From Promethearchaeota archaeon Loki_b32 (GTDB lineage Archaea; Asgardarchaeota; Lokiarchaeia; Sigyniarchaeales; SOKP01): a DNA stretch of 64,000 nt. Position numbers and translations under genes: made by a program. This document shows, piece after piece, positions 40,028 to 48,835 of this stretch. How positions within the stretch are numbered: position 1 is the stretch's first letter; every line of letters begins with the position of its first letter. The stretch spans positions 1-64,000 of the forward strand of contig NJBH01000018.1 of the NCBI GenBank assembly GCA_005223125.1, in the 5' to 3' direction. The notes under the pieces were generated by a model, which saw only the letters and a program-made list of their open reading frames with translations, was not told where the DNA came from and did not search any database.

Positions 40028-42217
40028 ATGCCTCGTAGAAAAGAAATCTCAGAAATACTAAATTTAATGGAAAAAACCCAGAATATCAGAAATTTTGGAT
40101 TAGTTGGTCATATAGACCACGGAAAAACCACGCTTTCTGATTCTTTACTAAGTGAAGCAGGGTTCCTATCTCCAGATTTAGCTGGTGAAGCACGAGCTTT
40201 AGACTTTCTTGAAGAAGAACAAAGGCGAGGAATCACAATGAAATCTGCAAATATTTCATTATATTATGAGAAATCTCTTGAGGATCATGATCCCTTTCTT
40301 ATTAATTTAGTTGATACTCCAGGTCATCTGGATTTTAGTGGAAAAGTAGCTCGTGCTTTAAGACTTGTCGATGGTGTTGTAGTAGTTGTTGATGCTGTTG
40401 AGGAAGTAATTACACAATCTGAAACCGTAATTAAGCAAGCCCTCCAAGAAGGAGTTAAACCAGTATTATTCATTAATAAAGTAGATCGTTTAATAAGAGA
40501 ATTGAAGCTTTCTGATGAAGAGATTAAGAAGAAATATATTCGTATAATTAAATCATTCAACACTCTAATTGAGAGATATGCTGAACATCCTTTCAATAAG
40601 AAATGGAAAGTATCTCCTTTATCTGGAAATGTTGCTTTTGGTTCTGCTCTTCATAAATGGGCTTTTACATTAAAAATTTTAGAAAAAAGTGATTTAAAAT
40701 TTAAAGATATTAGAGAACGATACAATAAAGAAACCTATACAAAAGAAACTTACGCGGATTTAGCTATATATTTTCCAATTCATAAAGCTATATTGGAAAT
40801 GGTTATAGAGCATCTACCAAATCCAATAAACGCGCAAAAGTATAGAATTGAAAAAATTTGGGATGGAGATATTAATTCTGAACTAGGAAAAACTATGGTT
40901 AATTGTGACCCACATGGTCCTTTAATTGTATGTTTAAGCAAAGTACAAGTAGATAAACATGGTCTAATCTCAACGGGAAGGATATTTTCAGGGAGCTGTA
41001 CAAACAAAAGGGAAATTTTTCTTTTAAATGAAAACAAATATGAAAGAATTCAACGAATTGCTATTTTTATGGGACAGAGAAGGGAACAAGTAGATAAAAT
41101 ACCTGCTGGGAATATAGTAGCTATAGAAGGCCTTAAAAATATAAAAAGTGGTGAAACCATAATAGATAGTAATAGTATTGATGAAATGGTGCCATTTGAA
41201 AGTGTGAAGTATGTTACAACACCTGTTATAACCGCTTCCCTTGAACCAGAATATCTAAGAGACCTAGATAAAATGAAAGAACTAATTGAAAATCTATTAA
41301 TTGAAGATCCAAATTTAAAATTTGAAATTAATGAAGAAAATGGAGAAAATTTATTGAGTGGTACGGGGCCACTCCACTTAGAGGTGAGTGCTGAAGAAAT
41401 AAGGAAAAGAGGTGTAAATGTCTCCGTTTCAGAACCCAGAGCTGTTTTCAAAGAGTCTTGTAGATACAGTTCTTCTATGATTTCCACAATTTCGCCTAAT
41501 AATCATTGTACATTAGAACTAAAGTTAGAAAGACTAGATAGTAAAACGGTTAGATTTTTTCAAAATATTGATTATAAGACAATAAAACCTTTTAGTACCT
41601 TAAAAGAAGTTTTAAAGGAAAAGACTAATTTAACTGATATTGAAATTGAAAATTTCTGGAAATGCGATGAGGATCAAAATATTTTAATTTATCAAGGAAA
41701 TCTAAAATTAGAGGATTTTTACATGAACACTATTTTAGAAATTTTTGAGAAAATCCATTTAAATGGTCCAATATGCGGAGAAAAGTTAACTGAGATAAAA
41801 ATAATCATTTCAGATTTAAAAATTGAAAATGTGAATGAAGATAATATTTTTTCCGAATTGTCTGCCATGTTTTATGAAGCCATTAAAAAGGGATTATCAG
41901 AAGCAGAATTAATTCTAATGGAACCAATTTATCATACAATAATACAACTTCCCCAAGAATATATAAAAATAGCAACAACCTTACCCTTAAAATATTCTGC
42001 TAAAATAAAAAGTATAGATCAAGAAAAGGAATATCAAGCGATCATAGAATTATTATTACCTGTAAGAAATTCAATAAAATTCGCTGAAGATATTAGATCA
42101 GCAACATCAGGAAAGGCTTTTTGGCAAAATGAATTTTATGCTTTTATGGAAGTACCCATACATGAATCTAAACAAATAATAGACAATTTACGATTTGTTA
42201 AAGGAATTTCCTGGTAA
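40028..42217 (+). CDS. elongation factor 2 paralog (aEF-2p type) lacking the diphthamide His
   Basis: GHIDHGKT, RGITMK, DTPGH and NKVD intact; domain IV tip reads KIENVNEDNIFSEL instead of LHED..HRG.AQ. Confidence 0.88.
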   Translation: MPRRKEISEILNLMEKTQNIRNFGLVGHIDHGKTTLSDSLLSEAGFLSPDLAGEARALDFLEEEQRRGITMKSANISLYYEKSLEDHDPFLINLVDTPGHLDFSGKVARALRLVDGVVVVVDAVEEVITQSETVIKQALQEGVKPVLFINKVDRLIRELKLSDEEIKKKYIRIIKSFNTLIERYAEHPFNKKWKVSPLSGNVAFGSALHKWAFTLKILEKSDLKFKDIRERYNKETYTKETYADLAIYFPIHKAILEMVIEHLPNPINAQKYRIEKIWDGDINSELGKTMVNCDPHGPLIVCLSKVQVDKHGLISTGRIFSGSCTNKREIFLLNENKYERIQRIAIFMGQRREQVDKIPAGNIVAIEGLKNIKSGETIIDSNSIDEMVPFESVKYVTTPVITASLEPEYLRDLDKMKELIENLLIEDPNLKFEINEENGENLLSGTGPLHLEVSAEEIRKRGVNVSVSEPRAVFKESCRYSSSMISTISPNNHCTLELKLERLDSKTVRFFQNIDYKTIKPFSTLKEVLKEKTNLTDIEIENFWKCDEDQNILIYQGNLKLEDFYMNTILEIFEKIHLNGPICGEKLTEIKIIISDLKIENVNEDNIFSELSAMFYEAIKKGLSEAELILMEPIYHTIIQLPQEYIKIATTLPLKYSAKIKSIDQEKEYQAIIELLLPVRNSIKFAEDIRSATSGKAFWQNEFYAFMEVPIHESKQIIDNLRFVKGISW

Positions 42218-42247
42218 AACAGAAAATTAATCTTAATTTATAATAAA

Positions 42248-43636
42248 CTAATTTTTAACGAATTTAATAATTTCATCTTTTATTTCATAATTTGGTAAGA
42301 CAAGATTAGTGAATCCTTTTTCTTTTGCGAATTTTGGCATAGCATAGAGGATACTTGTTTGTTCTGATTCGGCAATTGTCTTTCCGCCTACTCTTTTAAT
42401 TGCTCCTAATCCTTCAACGCCATCGGAACCCATACCTGTTAAAAGTATTCCCATAGCTCGATTTCTATAGATCTTAGCTGCAGAAAAAAACAAAACATCT
42501 ATAGATGGCATACAAAAATTAACTGGAGTTCCTTTATAGATTTTAATTAATGGCTTTTTGTTTTCTATAGAAATTTCCGTATGCATATCTCCAGGTGCTA
42601 TATAAACATAACCAGATTGAAGATAAACTCCATTTTGTGCTACTTTTACTTTTATATCGCATTCTATATTTAAATTATCTGCAAATGCCTCAGTAAAATG
42701 AGAAGATAAGTGTTGAACAATTAAAATTGGGGCATTAAAACCTCTAGGAATTTCTTTTAATATTGTAGTAAGTGTTCTTGGACCTCCTACACTTGCACCC
42801 ATAACAATTATATTTGAAGTTATTGTAGCTCCCTTAACAGGGGTAAGATCAGGAATATAAGCAGGTTTTTTCTTTTTAATTTGGACAGGAGAAATTGCTT
42901 TTTGCAATGTGGTTTTATCTTTCCTCTTTTTAAGTGATTTCGAAAGATTTATTGATTTTGCAGGCACTTTTAGACTATTATCATCCTCTTCTTTGACAGA
43001 AACTGTGCTTGTTTTACTTGAAGACTCATTTACGACTTCTGGTTTAGTTTCTTCCTTGAGAATTGCTTTAACTTTCATTAATTCAAATGAATCTTTTTCT
43101 TGTTCATCCTCAATTTCTTGAATAGGTTGTAATCGATTAAGGTATTGACCAAAATCAAAAATTCTATCAACTATTTCTTGGCGTAGAGTTCTACTCTTTT
43201 TTAATACACTTTCTTCTTTCCTGAAAATTCTTTTAATTTGAGATTGTGAAGCCAATAATACCTTAGCTAGCAATTCTTCACGAAACATAGGTAAATCTTT
43301 TGCACCTATTCCTCCAGGTTTTATAATATAATCAAATGCCCCCATTAAGAGAGCCTGAATGGAGGAATCTAAATTTTTAGGGCTGATAGCTGAAAGTATA
43401 ACTGTAGGAGTTGGGTGTTCTTCCATAATCAATTTGAATGCGTCAAGTCCGTTCATTTTAGGCATTACTAAATCTAAAACCAAGACATCTGGGCTATATT
43501 TTTTAACATATTCAACAGCTTCCTTTCCATCCTTTGCAAAGTCGACAATGTTAACTAAATCATGCTCTTTAAGAATATCTGCTATGTTTTTTCGTAAATA
43601 AGCAGAATCATCGGCAATAACTACATCAATCGTCAA
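42248..43636 (-). CDS. cheB: chemotaxis methylesterase CheB, long-linker copy
   Basis: Receiver DD...DLVMP...KP; esterase GASVGGP, VQH, LTGMGSDG. Confidence 0.93.
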   Translation of the reverse strand: MTIDVVIADDSAYLRKNIADILKEHDLVNIVDFAKDGKEAVEYVKKYSPDVLVLDLVMPKMNGLDAFKLIMEEHPTPTVILSAISPKNLDSSIQALLMGAFDYIIKPGGIGAKDLPMFREELLAKVLLASQSQIKRIFRKEESVLKKSRTLRQEIVDRIFDFGQYLNRLQPIQEIEDEQEKDSFELMKVKAILKEETKPEVVNESSSKTSTVSVKEEDDNSLKVPAKSINLSKSLKKRKDKTTLQKAISPVQIKKKKPAYIPDLTPVKGATITSNIIVMGASVGGPRTLTTILKEIPRGFNAPILIVQHLSSHFTEAFADNLNIECDIKVKVAQNGVYLQSGYVYIAPGDMHTEISIENKKPLIKIYKGTPVNFCMPSIDVLFFSAAKIYRNRAMGILLTGMGSDGVEGLGAIKRVGGKTIAESEQTSILYAMPKFAKEKGFTNLVLPNYEIKDEIIKFVKN

Positions 43637-43710
43637 ACAAAACTCCTATTTGTATTTAATTAATTATTCTTATAAATAGTAAAGTGAGGAAATTTATACG
43701 TTACTAAAAG

Positions 43711-44667
43711 CTAAAAAAGATTTGATATAAGAAAAGTAAACAATTCATCAATACCCTCTCCAGTAAATGCTGATGTCTCAAAAAAGGGTATATTGTATTG
43801 ATCTGCTAAATTTTGTGCTTTCATATTTATATCTTCAAGATTTTCAGCTAGATCTATTTTATTTCCCACAAGAATGTGAGGAATTGCTCTATTTCTTAAA
43901 GAGTGTTGTGATTCTTCGATCCAATCAGGGATTTTAGCTATAGTGTCTGATTGTGAGTAATCAAATAAAATTAGAACTGCATCTGAGTATTCGTAATAAA
44001 ATCTACGGATTTTAGCAAAACTTCTTGCACCACCTAAATCAAAAATATATAATTTTAAATTATAATCTTTTAAGATTTGTAGCTCTTTCTCTAGAATTGC
44101 AATTCCAATCGTGGGTTTGTAAACCCCATTTTCTTTAAAATTGTCCCCACAATACATTCTAGCTAATTTTGTTTTTCCCACCGTTTCAGATCCCACAAGT
44201 GTTATCTTTCTTACATTATTTTTATTATATTCCTCAGCAGGTAGAATTAGTTCCCCTTCATTATCCAATTTTGGAATTTGTAATGAGGTGTCATGATTAC
44301 TTAAAATTGATGAGATCTTTTCTGCTACTATATATGAATAGGGAATGAATTGATCAATATTGTTAGAATGATCTGCTACTAAAACGAAAATTGCGGGAAT
44401 ATTATTTCCTAATTCCATATAAAATAATTGAAAATCATTAGTATCAAAAGTACCACTTCCGAATGATGTTTCTGCATACCTCTTGATCTTATTTATGGTT
44501 TGATCTAAGATTGCCATAATTGCTCCAATTAATTCTTCATCAAATCCTTTTACTGAAGATCGAGCTATTATTAAACCATCTAAATCAACTACTAAAGCAG
44601 CTAGGAGATTTTGCGCTTCTTTTAGTAATTTATCTAATAATTCTTCTAACTTGGATACTTTTGACAT
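43711..44667 (-). CDS. roadblock domain fused to a Rab/Ras-like small GTPase
   Basis: N-terminal AALVVDLDGLIIA...DEELIGA; G1 GSETVGKT, G2 YKPTIG, G3 DLGG, G4 NKID, G5 ETSA. Confidence 0.88.
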   Translation of the reverse strand: MSKVSKLEELLDKLLKEAQNLLAALVVDLDGLIIARSSVKGFDEELIGAIMAILDQTINKIKRYAETSFGSGTFDTNDFQLFYMELGNNIPAIFVLVADHSNNIDQFIPYSYIVAEKISSILSNHDTSLQIPKLDNEGELILPAEEYNKNNVRKITLVGSETVGKTKLARMYCGDNFKENGVYKPTIGIAILEKELQILKDYNLKLYIFDLGGARSFAKIRRFYYEYSDAVLILFDYSQSDTIAKIPDWIEESQHSLRNRAIPHILVGNKIDLAENLEDINMKAQNLADQYNIPFFETSAFTGEGIDELFTFLISNLF

Positions 44668-44712
44668 ATATTATTCTTCTTTTTGTGCGGTTTTTAATTT
44701 AAATTATCTCAT

Positions 44713-45366
44713 TTAAAGATTGAGATCATATTTTAAGTTTAAAATATTAAATAGTCTTTTTAAGATATTAATAGAGGGGATAAGGCAAATAGTCCCTTCT
44801 AAATTTATATCTGAAACTGTTAATTTTGTATTTATTACTATCATTAAGTCCGATATTTGAGAATATTTTGCAATTATCCCTTCTAATATGGCATTTACTG
44901 TATCAATTGCAATTTTAGGAACATTTGGGACCAGTTTAGTGGATAATAAATCTGCTAAAGCATTTGTATAATGTCCTGATAAAATACTTCCTATTTCGGC
45001 TATGATGCTACAAGAAAAATCATCTAAATCATCAATAGATTTTAAATCTTCAATGGAAATTTTATTAAAGTCAGATAATATATTAATTAGATTAAGAATT
45101 GACTCTTTTGTAAAAATCTGAATAATTGCTAAATCTGAATTAAAGGGTATATCAGAAAAGATTCCTACCATATCAACATAAGGGTTGACAAAAAGATCTG
45201 GAACTTTCCAAAAGGAAATGATGTCTGCAGATGTTAATGAAACTTCAATTTTACCACTAATTAATTTTGAGAGTGCTGTGATAGCATGGCCAGACCCTAT
45301 ATTTCCAAGTTCTTTTAACATATCTAATTGATCTTGTGTTAATTTTATATTAACCGAATCATTCAT
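44713..45366 (-). CDS. cheC: CheY-P phosphatase CheC
   Basis: DMLKELGNIGSGHA.TALS; second site EIGS. Confidence 0.9.
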   Translation of the reverse strand: MNDSVNIKLTQDQLDMLKELGNIGSGHAITALSKLISGKIEVSLTSADIISFWKVPDLFVNPYVDMVGIFSDIPFNSDLAIIQIFTKESILNLINILSDFNKISIEDLKSIDDLDDFSCSIIAEIGSILSGHYTNALADLLSTKLVPNVPKIAIDTVNAILEGIIAKYSQISDLMIVINTKLTVSDINLEGTICLIPSINILKRLFNILNLKYDLNL

Positions 45367-45419
45367 GGTCCTTCTCCTCTTTTTTGATTCCTCTTTAAAT
45401 TTTTATATTAGTATAATTT

Positions 45420-45965
45420 TTAACTAGTTATTTTTTTAAAATTTGATTCTCTTGTTGATTTAACATAAACGGAGAAATCTTTAGTATCAAATATAACAGC
45501 TCTCCCCTCAGATCCTCCTGTATTCTCTCCTATAATTTTGATTTCTAATTTTTCTAATTCTTTTTTGATTGCTTCAGTGTTATTAATACCCATAAAATTC
45601 TCATCTAAATCAAAAATTTTTGAGCCTCCAACAATAATAGCCTTTATATTCTTCCTCATAGCTCCATGATTTATTAATTCTTGAATTAATAATTTTGCAG
45701 AGAGATCAGCATATTTGTGGGGAAAATTTATTGTTTTGTTTTGACGAGATTTAGGAAGTAATATATGAGACATTCCACTTACATTATTTTTGTTATCAAA
45801 AAGAATTAGAGCAATACAAGAACCTAATCCATAGATTGATATTTTTGGATCAACATTGTTAATCCTTTTTTTACAATTTATTATAGCATAATGCCCCATG
45901 GGTAAGAAAATTTCACCATTTTTATCTGATTTTTCAATACATCCATGGGGTTTTATCTTTTTCAC
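45420..45965 (-). CDS. cheD: chemoreceptor glutamine deamidase CheD
   Basis: GLGSC, GMSHILLP, KYAD, GGS..F, IGINN-like segment, TGG..GR. Confidence 0.9.
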   Translation of the reverse strand: MKKIKPHGCIEKSDKNGEIFLPMGHYAIINCKKRINNVDPKISIYGLGSCIALILFDNKNNVSGMSHILLPKSRQNKTINFPHKYADLSAKLLIQELINHGAMRKNIKAIIVGGSKIFDLDENFMGINNTEAIKKELEKLEIKIIGENTGGSEGRAVIFDTKDFSVYVKSTRESNFKKITS

Positions 45966-45989
45966 CTTTAAATTTAAAAAGTCTAATTA

Positions 45990-47135
45990 TTAATTTGATA
46001 TGTTAATTTCCTTTTTTCTTGCGTATTTTATCATGTGATCTTTAACTTCATAATTTGGGACTACTATATTCGCAGCTCCTCTTTTTACAGCTGCTTTAGG
46101 CATACCATAAACAACACATGTTTGCTCTGATTCTGCAATTGTTTTACCTCCCTCTTTTTTAATCGCTTCTAAGCCGGCAGCACCATCTTCTCCTAAACCA
46201 GTCAGTAAGATTCCTAGTATTTGATTTTTATATACTTCTGCTGCGGATAAAAATAATACATCAACCGAAGGCATACAAAAATTTACAGGTTCTCCTTTAA
46301 AGGTTTTTATACATGGTTTATTATTTCTTTGTATAACCTTCATATGTTTTCCTCCTGGACTAAGATAAGCAATTCCAGGAAGGATTTCTTCCCCATTAAC
46401 GGGAATTTTAATTTCGATATCGCAAACTTGATTTAAAGATTTTGAAAGTTCTTTCATAAAAAATGGATCTAAATGTTGAACGATTAATATTGGAATTGAA
46501 AAACCTTTCGGAATTTCTTTTAATATTGATTTTAAAGTTCTGGGACCACCAGTACTTGTTCCAATAACGATAACATTGGATTTTATTTTACTTTTTTTAA
46601 TAACTCTTTCTTTTTGAACCTTATCAATCTTTTGTTTTAGTCTTGTGCTTGTCTGATAATGTTCGATATTAGAATCGAATGAAGGAGGTTTCTTAACTGA
46701 TTTCTTAATTAATAAATTTCGCTTTTCATAAGTTTTTTTTATTTTTCCAGCATATAGGGTACTAGAAATTAATTTTTCTTTTAACTTCGGGAATTCTTCT
46801 TCCCACAATCCTTTTGGTTTTATAATAAAATCGAAAGCTCCTAAAAGCAAAGCTTGGATAGAATCATCTAATGTTTCTGGATTTTTAGCTGAAAATATTA
46901 TCGTAGGTATTGGATAGTGTTCTGAAAGGAATTTGAATACCGTTATCCCATCGACTTCGGGCATCATTAAATCTAAAATTAATACATCAGGATTAAATGT
47001 TTCAACTTTTTCAATTGCTTCTCTTCCATTCCTGGCAAGTTCTACACTTGCAATTTCATTGTTTGACAATAACATATCAGAGATTACTTTTCTTTGAAAG
47101 CTTGAATCTTCCGCCACAAGAACTTTAATTGATAT
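45990..47135 (-). CDS. cheB: chemotaxis methylesterase CheB, second copy; probable ATA start
   Basis: GTSTGGP, VQH, LTGLGEDG; the in-frame ISIKVL upstream of the track start (47117) completes receiver strand 1. Confidence 0.92.
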   Translation of the reverse strand: MSIKVLVAEDSSFQRKVISDMLLSNNEIASVELARNGREAIEKVETFNPDVLILDLMMPEVDGITVFKFLSEHYPIPTIIFSAKNPETLDDSIQALLLGAFDFIIKPKGLWEEEFPKLKEKLISSTLYAGKIKKTYEKRNLLIKKSVKKPPSFDSNIEHYQTSTRLKQKIDKVQKERVIKKSKIKSNVIVIGTSTGGPRTLKSILKEIPKGFSIPILIVQHLDPFFMKELSKSLNQVCDIEIKIPVNGEEILPGIAYLSPGGKHMKVIQRNNKPCIKTFKGEPVNFCMPSVDVLFLSAAEVYKNQILGILLTGLGEDGAAGLEAIKKEGGKTIAESEQTCVVYGMPKAAVKRGAANIVVPNYEVKDHMIKYARKKEINISN

Positions 47136-48156
47136 TTAAGTCCCCCTCTTTTATATATATACGATTATATGAATCTATCAGCTTTAAGTCTCCCTGAAAG
47201 TTATTTAAAGCTTCAGTTTTCCCTAAGATTAACAGACCACCTGGATTCAACCTGTTTCTAAGAATATTTGAAAATTCTTTACGTGTTCTTCTACTAAAGT
47301 AAATTAAAAGATATCGACAAAAGATTATATCATACGTTAAAGAAGTTTGATGCCCTCTCGTCACATCCTCTTCAATAAATTCAACCTGATTTTTAATTTG
47401 CTTATTTATTGAATAAGTATATCCAAAATTTTCATTTTCTTTATTAAAATATTTATTTTCATAAAATTTTGAAACACTTTTTGTGGAATCTTCATTATAT
47501 ATCCCTTTTTTTGCTCTATTTATAGCTTCTCTATCTATATCTGAAGCAATGATTCTAAATTGCGGAAATTTAGGAATTTGATTTTTGAGATTATCTAAAA
47601 TCATTGCAATCGAATAAGGTTCTTCACCATTAGCACATGGACATGACCATATATTAATATGTCTTTCAGATTCTGAAGGATTCCATATTTTTCTGTATAA
47701 TGAAGTTTGGTATAAGATTTGATTAATTGAATGTTTTCTAAATTTTTTTGGATTCTTATATCTATTTTGAGAATTCATAGAATCTTTTTTCGTTCTTACT
47801 CTATATTGTCTTTCTGGATTAGGAGTTAAATCACTTATAATATCTCCATTTTTTAGGTATAAAGCAGATAAAAATATCTTTTCAAATTGCCTAAAGACTT
47901 CCCAATTTCTAAAAAAAACAGAATAATTAATATTAAAACAATCAAAAAATTTATTGGTTTCTGAAGAGTTTTCTAACAGATAATTATAGTAAGATTCAAG
48001 AGTACCGCAATTAACACGAATCATTCTTGATTTGATTCTTTTTTCAATAAATTTTTTTCGATAATAATCCAAATTCAATCCAGTAGAATTCATTAAAAAG
48101 TGAATTAGAGGCTCATAATAATCCGAATCAAATCTAATATCATCAATTCGTATCAC
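47125..48156 (-). CDS. cheR: chemotaxis methyltransferase CheR, divergent, with a basic insertion
   Basis: FFRN, IWSCPCANGEEPYS, IIASDID, YDIIFCRYLLIYF, PGGLLILGKTE. Confidence 0.9.
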   Translation of the reverse strand: MIRIDDIRFDSDYYEPLIHFLMNSTGLNLDYYRKKFIEKRIKSRMIRVNCGTLESYYNYLLENSSETNKFFDCFNINYSVFFRNWEVFRQFEKIFLSALYLKNGDIISDLTPNPERQYRVRTKKDSMNSQNRYKNPKKFRKHSINQILYQTSLYRKIWNPSESERHINIWSCPCANGEEPYSIAMILDNLKNQIPKFPQFRIIASDIDREAINRAKKGIYNEDSTKSVSKFYENKYFNKENENFGYTYSINKQIKNQVEFIEEDVTRGHQTSLTYDIIFCRYLLIYFSRRTRKEFSNILRNRLNPGGLLILGKTEALNNFQGDLKLIDSYNRIYIKEGDLNIN

Positions 48157-48167
48157 TTCTAAACACT

Positions 48168-48713
48168 TTATTTTCCTAATAGTTTTTCAATTTCAGCAAA
48201 ACGTCGCTGCATATGATCCATTGAATACTTTATATGCATTTGTATTTCTTTAATCTCAGATAAAATCTTTCTAATATGAGATTTCGTAGATTTTGATAAC
48301 GCCAAATCACCTTCTGATATTTCTGATTCTATAATTTGGCTTGGCGTAAATTGCAACCCATAAGTTTGTGAAGATTCAGTTTTATATCTGGATTGTCCGG
48401 GATAATTCAGATTAACTCTATTTTCTTTAATTTCATTAAAAATCGGATGAAAATCTTCTGGTTCAATACCTTGTTTAATGACTTCATATTTGAAGTTATA
48501 AAATTTCTTTTTAGTTTTGAGTTTTCCCGCGAAGTTTGCTGCCATGTAGCGGTGAAATAAACGAGAATGACTACCTGCCCATATCCAAATAAGTTTTAAT
48601 TTCTTATCTACAATTAAATACACACCATTAGGATCAAATATTTTCTCAGGTCTAAGTTTAAGTGTTTCACCTTGCACTTCGTAAATATAGTCATAATAAC
48701 CGCTTTTTAACAT
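48168..48713 (-). CDS. single gelsolin-domain protein with a C-terminal helix/coiled coil
   Basis: FDPNGVYLIVD....IWIWAG..S....RYMA...A..L and VIKQGIEPEDF match the gelsolin repeat consensus. Confidence 0.78.
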   Translation of the reverse strand: MLKSGYYDYIYEVQGETLKLRPEKIFDPNGVYLIVDKKLKLIWIWAGSHSRLFHRYMAANFAGKLKTKKKFYNFKYEVIKQGIEPEDFHPIFNEIKENRVNLNYPGQSRYKTESSQTYGLQFTPSQIIESEISEGDLALSKSTKSHIRKILSEIKEIQMHIKYSMDHMQRRFAEIEKLLGK

Positions 48714-48835
48714 GGGTTTTTTAACCTATTGATTTTTGGTGTTTTATAAAGGTTTATATTTATTTTGGAGATTCTTGCTTTATTTTTGAAATATTTAAAA
48801 AAAATATTAAATATGGATTACTTTTAGTAGGTTTC

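Noticed and set aside
40727-40753. KETY-T-KETY micro-duplication in the EF-2 paralog
   Set aside because: A short in-frame slip in a variable region with no evident consequence
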